Source: Stegostoma tigrinum | Lineage: Eukaryota | Reading direction: 5' to 3' | Assembly (NCBI RefSeq): GCF_030684315.1 | Contig: NC_081356.1 | Location: 15,525,197-15,589,196 of the forward strand | Length of the DNA: 64,000 nucleotides | Shown: positions 26,265-39,000 of the stretch, piece after piece | Position numbering within the stretch: the first letter of the stretch is position 1 | How the letters are laid out: each line of letters opens with the position of its first letter | Made by a program: the position numbers and the translations under genes | Notes under the pieces: generated by a model | What the model was told of the DNA's origin: nothing | Database searches by the model: none | What the model saw: the letters and a program-made list of their open reading frames with translations, nothing else

Positions 26265-26417
26265 TGAGATAATAAAGTGTGAAGCTGGATGAACACAGCA
26301 GGCCAAGCAACACAACGTCAGCTTTTGTGCTCCTGAGATGCTGCTTGGCCTGCTGTGTTCATCCAGCTCACACTTTATTATCTTGGATTCTCCAGCATCT
26401 GCAGTTCCCGTTATCTC
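26265..26417. mobile_element. Penelope-derived fold-back element nested in an older terminal fragment of a second family (~26232-26530)
   Basis: Inverted arms GATAATAAAGTGTGA...GGCCAAGCA / TGCTTGGCC...CACACTTTATTATC. Confidence 0.85.
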
Positions 26418-26918
26418 GGAAACACTTAACTCTGATTTCTCTCCTGAAATGATGCCAGGCCTACTGAGCTTTTCCAACGACTTCTTTTCACGTTCCTGAT
26501 TTCCAGTAGCTATAGTTCTTTCAATTTTTTTTTAAATGGAGCATGGTTCTATCGTGAAAGATCCAATATTCGAGACGTCTGGAAAACTGACCAACTAACC
26601 AATCAATGTCACCCCTAGGAAAATGCAACAGTAGCCCCATTGAGGGACAAGGGGAACCAGACTGGCCCATAATCCTCAGAGTGTGAACCAGTCAGAAGAG
26701 CAGTGGCATTTAAAAATTCTTTCATGTAGTGTGAACATCAGGCTAGGCCAGCATTGACTGCTCATCCCTCATTGTCTTTGAGAAGGCAGTGATTGTATTT
26801 TTGAAGCAGTCCTCAGGGTGTTGATCGATCCACAGGACTATTGCAGAGGGTGTTGCAGGATTTCAATCCATGTGCCCTCAAGAGCTATCACTTGTGACCA
26901 GGAACACATCGTTTTTAG

Positions 26919-27107
26919 AAACAGTAGGAACTGCCGATGCTGGAGAATCTCAGACAACGAAATGTAGAGCTGGATGAACACAGCAAGCCAAACAGCATCA
27001 GAGGAACAGGAAAGCTGATGTTTCCGGTCTAGACCCGAAAGTCAGCTTTCCTGCTCTTCTGATGCTGCTTGGCCGGCTGTGTTCATTCAGCTCTACACCT
27101 TGATGTC
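26919..27107. mobile_element. Penelope-derived fold-back element
   Basis: Arms joined at GGTCTAGACC. Flanking ACACATCGTTTTTAG (26904-26918) and ACACATCATTTTTAG (27108-27122). Confidence 0.88.
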
Positions 27108-28945
27108 ACACATCATTTTTAGTTCCTTGACCATCAAATCAAGTCCCATTGGAGTTACATATTCAGGCACTATAATAAATCATTTTTGTAGTGTTAAGCA
27201 TAAGCCTGACAAAGACACCTACAGGAACCCCAACATTAAACTACCAATTGAAAACCATTTGATCACAGTGACCAGAGACTGAGGTAGAAGACAAGCTGCA
27301 CATTTGACTCTGGGAATAATGGATTCCCTTCCTCAATATTTTGGTGCGGTATAGGTGCTACAACAGGCTGCTCCAGCTGGACCAACGTAGGGATAACCTT
27401 GTTCTCACTGACTTGCTATGTAGACAGTGCCTCAGTCGAAAGGGTGATAACAGCAGCCAACAATCAAAATACCCATGAGAGGTGGCCAGCTTCAGGACTT
27501 TTCATGTCAAATTATGCCAATTTGAATGAACCAGTAGTGGTAAGGCAGATACTTATACTAAAATCCATGCATCTGTTTTGTTTTTGAAATGTTAGATTCC
27601 ACAATAGCTCCTGCAGATTAGAAGGTAACAAATGTAACTCCCCTATTTAAGAAGGGAGAGACATTATTACATTGGTAAGTGGGGAAAATGCTACAATCTA
27701 AGATGTGATAACTCATCATATAAGAATAATTGTAGGATGGGGCAGAATCAACATGGATTTATGAAATAAAAATCATGTTTGACAAACTTTTTAGAGCTCT
27801 GAGGCTGTAATTAGCAGAATAGATAAGGACCATCAGTGGATGTAGAATGTCCCACTCAAGAGGTTCGTAAACAAATCTGGAACAAATGAGTTTGGAGGTA
27901 ATATTTCTAGCATCAGTTGTGAATTGGTTAATAGATAGTTACCTGGTTATTCTCAGGTTGACAGGCTGTGGCAAAGAGATGCCACCAAAAGAAAAAGGAG
28001 TTTTGTAGTCGTAGTTAGGAATTACTTCACCTGTAGAGCTTTAGTAAAGCCGTAACTGGCAAGTTATGGTACCAAGTGAATCAGTTTTATAATTGAGTTA
28101 GGGTAACTAAAGGGATGGACCTCCGGTCATCGACATTCATGCTCTCAAAGTCTACAAAAATATTATAATTTCAGTACACATTAAAAACATACAGAAATAC
28201 AAGATATTTAAGATGCATAGAACACAAGTCACAATTATCAATAAGATGAGTACAATTCTTCAAAGTATATTTCAGCAGCTTTACTAGACACACTGATTTA
28301 ACACTTTTCATAAATGTACTGAGAACGATGTCAACAAAAGAAAACAATTCACCAATTGTAAAGACAAGTAGAATGTACAAGCTTCAGTTTTCTGATTTGA
28401 TACTGATCTTTTGCGTAAAAATATGAACACAGTAAAAGGTCAAGTATAATACAGCATGCAACACTGAAACCAAATTTATAACATAGCACTAAAATCTTAC
28501 TGTACACACAAGCACCACTTGTGTAGACTGAAAACACAAAAGGCAGCAAATACTTTGATTTTAAAAGAAAATAAATCCCTTTTGTTAGTTCATAAAAGCT
28601 TTACGTCAAAGCTTACAAAGTAACAAATCAAACAGTTGTTTCCTCTCAAAAATATTTCCTACAAAGTTGCAATTGATTTTGTCACTTTTTTGATATGGTT
28701 ATTAATGTTGCACCAGTAGGGATTGCAAAGTCAAACCATGTCCTGATGTGGAAATAATATTTAGGCTAACAAAGAAGGATACAGTCACTTACAAATGCAC
28801 ACTTGTGCAGACTATCAAATGTCAGTGGAAAATGTAACAAATCAGCGTATCTGGTGTTGGACAGTAGTTGATATTATCGCAGTCTTTTTTTGGATGAAGT
28901 CTAGTTGTGAACATTCTCCCTCCAGCAAATGTTGGCATGTGTATC

Positions 28946-29062
28946 TCACCATTGCTGCCAGCTAAAGTCGTCATTAGTGCCGAAAACCATAAAAAATCCC
29001 AGAATGGTTGCAAAGATGATTACATTGCCTGTTAGCACCAGTGAACACGCTCCCCATTGAAT
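28946..29062 (-). CDS. LEPROTL1: LEPROTL1 last coding exon (117 bp including TGA)
   Basis: Reads [38 protein letters not shown]. Acceptor tttcag at 29064-29063. The [10 protein letters not shown]-terminus is typical of LEPROTL1. The four exons total 399 nt (132 aa plus stop). Confidence 0.95.
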   Translation of the reverse strand: MQWGACSLVLTGNVIIFATILGFFMVFGTNDDFSWQQW

Positions 29063-30788
29063 CTGAAATTATATTAAAGAAATAACAGTTTAAAAATAAA
29101 TACTTTGGCACATCTGTAACCAATAACATCTGAGCTTGATACAACACTGGTTTAAGGACGTATAATATTCAATATAATCTTATAATTTTTGTACTGGAAT
29201 CCTGTCTGTGACTTGACATAGAATACATCAAAGTATTAAGACGTCATTCACATTTAACAATCATATTTTCCATCTGATGTAAACTCTATTGACATGATGG
29301 GTGGATAGAGTAATGGTTATCCTCCCAGAAGTGTGTGTGAAGGGCAGCAGATTCCTGGCGACAGTCTCGAACATGCAGACCATGGCCCAATAAACACCCA
29401 TGCTATTATACCATAATGGTGGTCTAGTTGATGCAGCCATTTCAATTTTAGACATATGTAAAAAGCAGTGAAAGGGCAAGTCCCACTTGCACCTCTCTTG
29501 CCCTACCTGTATCAGAAAAGGACACCATTCAGCTTCAAAAGGCTGCTCACAGCCCTTAATTGGATGGTATGTTTGCACACTGGCCATAAATGTGTCATTT
29601 CATTGACAGTTTTGATGGATGACTACGCACAGCAGTGCAGGATTCAGGCATGAATCTGATTACATCATCAGGGTCCTGGTGGCAAAACAAACTTCCAGCC
29701 CTACAGGAATAATCTTTCATCAGGACTATAAAAATTTGATAATGGACCATCAGCAGTGAGAGAAAGAAGCATTTCCACCCTGAAGGCTAGGATTAATTGT
29801 TGTAAAATTTCATTTGCAAGATGTTGCTTATTTGCATAAAACAAGCAACATCCACCTACAAAGTTGTGCATTGTGTGTTAACATTATTGGCAAATCTTTC
29901 AATCTTGCAGTCATAGCACAATCCAGATGGTTTAAACATTTACAAAAATAGCTATTCAAATTACATTTTGTACTGACAAATGCAAATGACTACACATTGT
30001 CCAAAACAATTTGGAGATACATGTACAACAGGTTAGAATTAGAACAAGATGATTCAAAAAACACAATGGTTAATTTTAAACTAGGTTAGGTTAATGTCCA
30101 AGGACAGTAATGAAGGAATTAAGATTATATATAAGACAGGGATATAGAAAGAAGATTTGCACTATCAAACTAATAGACAGATCTTAAAACTGCATTAGAC
30201 AACAGAGTGTATAAATTTGGTCACGATTCTACCAGGAGTACATAAATGTTAGAAAAACAGCAAGATGTTTCAAGTTGTGAACTCCATCTGTTTAGTACTG
30301 CAAGACGATGGTGAAACAGGGCAAATGTGTTCCTTATTTTTAAATAATATATTAAAATTCTTAGGCTTGGATGCACTTCCTGACAATGTATTGAAAGTAT
30401 ATGCTGTATGCAAATGTGTCATACTTCAGAGGTCCTACATCCTGTTCGGTATTAAGTTTAAAAACTTGCTCTAGAATTTCCTTTAGGCATAGATTCACTT
30501 AAGTAAATATTCTCAACATATTGAAGGATACGTCTGCACTGTCCAATGGCTAATACTTTAACTTCGAGGCAGTAAGAAAGGTATCACACCCTACTTATTT
30601 TAAAAAAGCGTTAATAAAAAATAAAAAAAACTAAATTATCCAATGGAAGTATACATTGGATCATTGAAACAAGGGTTAGGTAAATTTTATTTGTAATCTT
30701 TTTTAAGTGTCAGCTTTTTAAATGTGAATGTGCAGTCAGCAAATGTTATTGCATCATTGTTGTCAAAAAAAACATTTTATATTCAGGG

Positions 30789-30966
30789 ATAATGGGAACT
30801 GCAGATGCTGGAGATTCCAAGATAATAAAATGTGAGGCTGGATGAACACAGCAGGCCAAGCAGCATCTCAGGAGCACAAAAGCTGACGTTTCGGGCCCGA
30901 AACGTCAGCTTTTGTGCTCCTGAGATGCTGCTTGGCCTGCTGTGTTCATCCAGCCTCACATTTTAT
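30789..30966. mobile_element. Penelope-derived fold-back element containing a perfect 142-bp palindrome
   Basis: 30825-30966 is its own reverse complement (centre TCGGG|CCCGA). Direct repeat ACATTTTATATTCAGGG at 30772-30788 and 30958-30974. Confidence 0.92.
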
Positions 30967-30989
30967 ATTCAGGGTTTGTTACGTTCTAG

Positions 30990-32350
30990 AAGGATTCCAG
31001 CATATTACAAAACCACTGATGAAACACCTCTGTTCAAGCAGGAAACTACAGGCCAGTTATCTGTTGTTGGGAAAATGGTATAGAGTCCATTATTAAGGAA
31101 GAAAGTAACAGAACATTTAGAAAAGCTTAATGCAATCAAACAGTTAGCATGGTATTGTAAAAGGGAATTCATGCTTGACTAATTTACAATTGTTTATTGA
31201 ACACTGAAGAAGCAGATTTGATGAAATAAAAATAACTTGTAAATGTGCTGCACTTGGATTTCCAGAAGGCATTCAATAAGGTGTCACATAAAAGATTATT
31301 GTACAAGATAGGAGATGTTAAAACTGGAGGTAATGTATTACCACAGATTGGGGATTGGTTAACACAGAAAACAGAGTAGGATTAATGGGTCTTTTTCAGG
31401 TTGGAAAGATGTAAATATTGGAGCGTGGTTCCACAAACATTAGTCCAAGGGCCGCAATTATTTACAATCAATATTAAGGACGTGGAGGAGATGGCAATAT
31501 GCAACATATCCAAGAGTGTCAATGACACTAAAAACTGGCAGGGCATGTTAAGATGAAAACATAAGTCATAATCAAGGGGCACTGATGAGTACAGTGTGTG
31601 TATGAAAACTTGGCAGATGAAGTTTAATGTATGGAGTAATGAGTTTTGGCAAGAAGAACTAAAAACCTGATTATTTAAATGAGGGAGTCTTCCAAAAAGT
31701 ACAGCAGAGGGATAGGAGTACTTGTGCATGAAACACAAACATTTTGGACAGAGTGCTGCAAGTAATTAACAAGGGAAATGGAACTTTAACCTTTATTGCT
31801 TTGGGGCTGGAGTTTAAAAAACATAGAAGGGCAGGATGGTGGCTCAATGGTTAGCACTGCTGCCTCACAGCGCCATAGACCCAGGTTCAATTCCACCCTC
31901 GGGCGACTGTCTGTGTGGAGTTTGCACATTCTCCCCATGTCTGCATGGGTTTCCTCTGGGTGCTCCAGTTTCCTCTCACAGTCCCCCCCCCCAAAAGATA
32001 TGCAGGCTAGGTGGATCAGTCATGCTAAACTGCCCGTAGTGTTCGGGGATGGGTATATTAGGTGGGTTATAGTGGGATGGGTCTGGGCGGGATGCTTCTA
32101 GGGCTGGTGTTGACTTGTTGGGCCAAAGGGCCTGCTTCCACACTGTTGGGATTCTATTAAAAAAAGAGATTTGTTACAACTGTACAGGGTGTTAATGAGG
32201 CCACACCTAGATATCAGGTACAACTTTAATAAATCACATTTAAGAATGGATGTACTACTATTGAATGCAGTTCAAAAGTGAGACACTAGACTGGCTCCTG
32301 GGACAACGGAGTTAAGGAGTTTAAGCCTTTATTTATTAGTGTATAGAAGA
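30990..32350 (+). mobile_element. Degenerate CR1 LINE with a nested SINE
   Basis: RT-like remnants (ttggatttccagaaggcattcaataaggtgtcacat = LDFQKAFNKVSH; aggccacacctaga). Confidence 0.75.
31829..32157 (+). mobile_element. tRNA-derived SINE (HE1/V-SINE type) nested in CR1
   Basis: Same family. A-rich flanks on both sides resemble a decayed TSD. Confidence 0.88.
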
Positions 32351-33029
32351 ATCTTAAACTCTCTTCCACCATCTTCTGTCAGGCAGAACATATAAAAGTT
32401 TGAATACATGAACAAACAGATTCAAGAGCATCATCTTCCCCGCTGTCATCAGACTTTTGAACTGAGCTCTCAAATGTTAATTCTGATCTCTCTCTCTCTG
32501 CAGCTGTTACACTATTTTGCACTCTGTTCTGCTACCTTGATGCACTTTGTATGGTATGGTGTGCTCGTATAGCATGCAAAACAAAACAGAGTTAATACTT
32601 CAAGTTTGTGACCTTTCATCAGAACTGGGAAAATTTACAGCAGTAATTGACTTTGAACCAGGAAAAGAGACGAGGGTTGGAAGAACAAAAAATATTGTCT
32701 ATGTTTTGTTGGAGGGCAACATAAGTTAAATTACAAGAGATTTCATGCTACAAGATGCAGGGGCGTGGGAAAGGGAAACGTAAAGAAACAAAATGCGTAT
32801 CAACAACTGGTGTAAATGTCACAATAGAAAGCACAAACTAGGAAAAAAATCACTGTTATGCTGCTGATAGATCTTCCTTTCTCATGACACAAATATTCTT
32901 GCCCATCACGGTTGACAGAGTCCTTAACTACATCCATTTCATTTTGTGTACTTATGCTCCTCACCTCCTTCGGAGACTGTTCTGCCAAAAAGACAAGTTC
33001 AAAACTTCTTGGAGGTATCCACAATTGAA

Positions 33030-35330
33030 GCTCTGGCATATAAATGACTATGTCATCTTATGATCCTGAGACAGAAAGGATGTCCTCATTACAAAGCAAT
33101 GATCAGTTCAGATAATATTTGGACAGACTTCTGACTCATTCCTCTACCTCCATCAAATGCTACCAGGGGCAGCTGAAGAAACAATTCAGGGAAAAAAAGC
33201 GCTCAACACTGATTGGCTTCAAGAACTGAGCCCACTAGCAAAATTCCAACAGTGTCTTCATCAAAATCTCCAAAGTGTTTATTTTAACACAATGGAGGAA
33301 ATCTGGAAAGAGCTGAAGACAGCCATCATTTCATGCTGTGAAGAAACCATCAGGTGCAAGGCCAGGAAACACAAAGACTGGTTCAAAGAAAATTACCACA
33401 ACATCCAAGACTTTATCAACAAGAGGTTGAAAGTTCTCCAAGCCTGGCAAAACAACATCACCCATGAGTCAAACAGGAAATTTCAAACAGCAAAGCTAAG
33501 TTACAAAGAAGAACAAAGGAAATCAAGAACCAATAGTGGCCTGAGAAAGCTAAGGAGCTGCAATTCATTAATGACCATCACAATTCCTGGGGTTTATTCA
33601 GTGGGACCAAGATAATATATGGGCCCAACAGCCTTGGCCTTGAACTGATTGGATAAGGATGGAACTCTTTCGAGAGGCAGAAAAAAAAATCAGCCTCTGA
33701 TGGAGAGAACAGTTCAAAGATCTCTTAAATCATGATGCAATTGTCGATGATGACACGTTTGAGGAAATCTCCCAAGTCCCCAAAGATGATCCTGGACTCC
33801 CAACTAGTTTGGCAGAAATTGAAGCTGCCATTAGACACATGAAGATTGGAGAAGCCAGAGGAGACGGGATTCCAGCAAAGATTTTCAGAGAAGAGCGGAG
33901 TTTACCCACCATCTCCATCAACTATAGCTGAAAATCCAGGATAAAGAAAGCTCCAATCTGATCTTAGGGTTGCTGGTATCACTACCACCTTGCTGTGGAC
34001 TGTGGGAATTACGAAGAAAAATCCCTACTCTCCATCGCTAAGACGATCATCACCCGAATTCTCGCAAGGCACCTTCTCCCAATCTGTGGAAATCCTTCCT
34101 GAAAGTCAATATTAATTCCAATCAAACCATGAAACTATGGACATTATTTTCACTGTTCAAAACCTCCAAAAAGTGGGCTGAATGCCAATCACACTAATTT
34201 GGTCAAGGCCTTGACTTGGTCAATCAGGAAGTGCTATTCAAGATCCTATCTGAAGCTGCTCTCCAGAGAAATTCATCAACATTCCCACCTCCTTCATGAG
34301 AGGACGTGACTGCCAGTTATCACAGATGGTATTATGACAGAATTGAGGTCAAGCAGGGATGTGTCATTGCCCCCATCATTTTCTCCATCTTCGTTGCTCC
34401 CGTTCGTCGTCCTGTCGAGAACAAAAGCTTCTAAGCGAGTCAGGCAGCATCCTTGGAGAGTGATCAAGTTAATGCTTTGAGTCCAGATGTGCTCTGAAGA
34501 GGAGTCATTTCAACTTGAAATGTTAGCTTGCTTTCTCTCCGTGGTCGGTGCCTGACTCGCCACGATTTCCAGCGGGTTTTGTTTTCAGAACATATTCCAG
34601 CATCTGCAGCAATTTGCTAAACTTCCCAGTGGTGTGGACATTGTCTACAGGATGGACAAAAAACTTTTCCACCTCAACCTGTTGAAGTCCAAGAAGAAAA
34701 CAAAACTAACCTCGCTTGTGAAGCTGCAGTATGTGGGTTACTAGTTCCTATCCGCACTCTTCAATATAATCTTGAAGCCTTAATTAACACCTTTGGGGAA
34801 GCATACCGAAGAACTGGTCTCAATCTCAACGTCAAGATGACTCAATCCTGAACAGGTCAAGTTGAGTCCATCGCTCCATTAAAATCAATGGAAAAATGTT
34901 CCCAAATGTGGAGCATTTCTCCAAACTGGGAGGCTACCTCTCGTTTAATGTTGATATCAGTACAGCAATTCAACGTTGCATCCAATAAGCGAGCATCATC
35001 TTCTGACGCCTAAGGATGAGAGTCTTTGATGTCTGTGATATCCGTGCTGATACCAAGATTCTTGCGTATGAGGCAGTCACCTTTCTGACCCTTCTGTATG
35101 GCTCCGAAACCTGAACTCCATATAGATACCACCTCACATACCATCAATGCTGTTTAAGATGGATTTTTTGCATCAGCTGAGTTGACAAGCTTACTCACAT
35201 CAGCATCAAGTTATGACCATGTGACATCAACTCGGCTGGGCCGGCCACTTGCTTAGGATGCCAGAGTTCTAATTATCAAATCACCTTCACCCAGCTCAAA
35301 GACGGCACTCAAGCAAGAGGAAAAACATTC
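33030..35330 (+). mobile_element. Decayed RTE-clade LINE (ORF remnant)
   Basis: Remnant translations HKDWFKEN, DCGNY..ISLLSIA, VKQGCVIAPIIFSIF, LQY and LLYGSET match RTE-type reverse transcriptases. Many stops and frameshifts. Confidence 0.75.
34430..34618. mobile_element. Penelope-derived fold-back element inserted in the RTE remnant
   Basis: GCGAGTCAGGCA...TGCCTGACTCGC inverted pair and an attccagcatctgcag terminus. Confidence 0.7.
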
Positions 35331-35439
35331 ATAGACCATTTGAAATAGAAGCACATTTGAAAGGGAGTGCAGGAGTAGAGGGAATGGGGCGTATATATTC
35401 ACTGACGATTGAAATTGGCAGAATAAGTAGAGACAGCAG

Positions 35440-36070
35440 TAAGTAAAGCATACAGCATCGTCTCCTTTATTAACAGAGGCGGAGTACAAGAGTAGAAGCT
35501 GATGTTGAAATTGTATTAGACAATTGTTAGAGTACTCCAATCAGTTATAGTATTGTGTAGTTCTGGGTGCCATATTACAGGAAAGATCTGAACGCATTGG
35601 AAAGATTGTAGAATCAATTTACAATGGTTCCAGGAATGAGAAACTTCAATTAAGAGGACAGACAGAAAAATTTGGTGCTATTCCTGTTGGAGAGTAGTAG
35701 ATGGCCAAGAAGAGATCTGATAGAAGTTTGCAAAATCATAAGGATTAATAGGGAGAAACTGTAACTGCTTGTAAAAGGAGCAGAAAAAGGTATGAATTTA
35801 AAAGTGTTCTGTAACAGAACTGAGAATGAAGTGACGAAAACTTTTTCACTCCGCGAGTAGTTAAGGTATGGAATGTTCTGCTGGGATTCAAGTTCAAGTG
35901 AGGCATTCAAGAGGCCATTGGATAACTATTTAGATAAAATGTAACATGCTAGACTACGGGGAAAAAGTGAGAAATTGGCATTAGGTAGTTGATGCTCATT
36001 TAACAAACTGGTGCAGGCACAATGGGCCTCTTGGTTTCCTTTTGTGCTGTAATGTTTCTGTCTGTGATTT
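35440..36070 (+). mobile_element. Degenerate CR1 3' fragment
   Basis: Contains tattgtgtagttctgggtgccatattacaggaaagat and agagatctgatagaagttt motifs. Confidence 0.65.
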
Positions 36071-39000
36071 TGTAATTGAAGTTTTCAAATGGAAAATCAA
36101 ATTTTTACCCAAAAAGGAAGAATGACTGGGACTATGAGGAAAAGGCAGTGAAATAACAGTCGATGAGTTACATCTTTAGAGGACCAGCACAGACATGACC
36201 AGCCAAAGAGCCTCGTCCTGTGCTGTAATCATTGTGATTCTATTTATTGAAAATATGTTCTCCTTGACATGAACCAAACGTACATGCAGTGACTGTCTTG
36301 TAAAACACCTCAGTTCATTTTGAAAGCATTGCCTTGTCTGTTTTTGTTACGTGGCTTTTTAATTCCCAATCTGGTTCCTACAATGACCACTGTTTCGGTC
36401 CTGCTGTAGCATTTCAGTCAAATTCAACATATTGCTTGTTGAATAGCATGCACTTCATTTTATGTCTATGTGCAACACTGAATTCAATGATGTTAGATCA
36501 CAACGTCTATTTCATTTCATCTGTTTCTTTGCTGGTTTGTTTTTTACCCCTCTCATTTGCTTCTTAGGTTTGTGTTTACGTGGCTGTTATGATGTCATTC
36601 ATACCAATATACTTATCTTCCAATCCCTTCATTTATCTCCCCGCCTACATCTTCTTGCACTTGCTCAAAATTATTATATATCTGACTTTTCTCAAGGCTG
36701 GTGAAAGGTCACGAGTGTGAAAGATTAATTATTGTTTTCTTTTCCTCTTGATGCTGTCAGACCTGCTAAGTATTTAAGCATTTTATTTTTGTCTTCACTT
36801 CAGATTTCCAAAATTAACAGTATTCTGCTTTTGTAGATCAACATATTATTTTCTTTGTTTGCTTACTTTCGGGGTGGAAAATTACAGAGAGCTATAAAAT
36901 GATACAGCATAGTAAACCATTCAGTAATTTTCTTATTAAAGGTATATGACTAGTCCCATGTAACCCTGCTGTTTCTCAACAGCCTAAACATTTTTTCTTT
37001 CAATACCTATCCAGTTTCTCCCTTAAGGTTTCCAGTGACTCCTGAACATTGACTCTAGACCCCACATCAAATCACACTGAGCACGGCAACAGTCTGCTAA
37101 TAATCACCACAGAAGCACTGAGGGTGGCGAACGCAAAACATGCACTTCAACATCCAGCACCAGCAGCCAAGCCGGTCCAGCCCTTAAGGATATAACTGTT
37201 CAACTGGGCCTGTGGCAGGTGGTGAGGAAGCCAACGTGACAGTAAAACATACCTAGCCTTACTAATCTACCAGCTGTGGATGCATGTATCATGACCGTAT
37301 CAGTTGTAGTGAGTTCCTTGTAGAGACCAAGCATATTGTACATTCGGAGGATACCCTCCTGTGTGTTGTTTAATATTATTAAAAATGTGTTAGACTTTGA
37401 CCACATCTAACAACTCAGGATCCACAAGGAGACGAGGGCCATTAACAGCAGCAGGATTCTACTACAACACAATTTTTAATCTCATGGCCCAGCATATCTC
37501 TCACTCTACCAATAACATTAAGCTAGGAAGTCAAATCTGGTTCAATGGAAAGTATAGGACAGCATGACAGGAGCAGCACCAAGCATGCCCAAAAGTGAGG
37601 ATTCTATCTGGTGCAGCTACAACACCTCTTCTTTGCCAAAACAGCATAAGCAGCAAGTGATATACAGGACCAAGTGATTCCACAAACAGTCTGTGGCAGT
37701 CTAGCCACATTCAGTTGTTAATGATAGTGGACAATTAAACAACTTACTGGAGGAGAAGGCTTCACAAAATCCACCATTCTCAATGATGGGGAAGCCCAGC
37801 ACATCAGTGCAAATGATTAAGCTGAAGAATTTGCAAACAATCTCCAGATAGAAATGCCAGGTTATGGATACCACTGTTCAACCAATTTGATTCACTTCAC
37901 GTGATATCAAAAAAATTGAAGGGATTGCAAAGGTTATGGGCCCCCAATAACCTTCCAGCAACAGCACTGAAAACTTCTACTCCAGAATTTGACATGCTTC
38001 TAGTCAAGCTGTTCCAGTACAGCCACAACACTGACATTTATTCAACAATGTAGAAAATTATAGTTATGTCCTGGACACAAAAATCAAAACAGGGAAACAG
38101 TGTGATCATGACCATTTTTGGAGTGCCAGCATGGATTTGATGGACTGAAAGATCTGCTTCTTTTCTGTAACCATTCTATGATTCGGTGAATTTATGATTT
38201 CCCATAGCATTGCCTCAGCCAGAGGAAAGCCTCCTGTTCCAAGTTCCAGATTACCTGTGAGCACAGTTCTGCAAGTAATTGTAAACTCTAATGCAAATTC
38301 AGAAATTGCAGCTGATTCACAGCGTTTGTAAAATTGCCACAGTCCTAAAGGACCATAGCTGCTCTCTTATTAGAGAGATGACAAGTGGTGAGTTTAACCT
38401 CAGGCAAGGCGGGAGATTGAGAAATCTGGTCCTTTTTGGCAGCCTCAGAATGTTAGTAAGCAAAGATTAAAAGAATCACCCCTGTGAAGGGAGTGGGGAA
38501 AGAAAGAGAGTAGAGTATGATGGAGAGACAATAGATTATATAGTAGCAATTTTGAGGAGTTGGTGTAATTTGGATCAAACAAAGGAGAGACCTTGAAGGA
38601 AATAACAGGAATAGAAAAAGAAAGAACAGTTAAGAAATATAAAAGGTGAGGAAGCAAAGCATTAGAAATGAAGTCAGTAAAACTGACATGTCAAATAGAA
38701 TGGAACAAGATGACAAGGTAACTCTGACAAAGTTGAACTTTACCCAGAAAAAGATGGTAGATGAAAAATTAATCTGCATGTAACATTGCCATGCTCACAC
38801 ATTACAGAGATGTGAAGAGTAAATTTGAAGTGAAGATTAGAGGAGAAACAGGGATCAGATAGCCTTCTTTTTTGTTTATCCCCAATATATATGGATCTAC
38901 AAACCTCTAATATAACCTTTCATTTCTAGAAAAGTCCTAATTATGTTAAATGGCAACCAATCTTACTGCACATATCATGTTTGAAATGTTATTAAAATGT

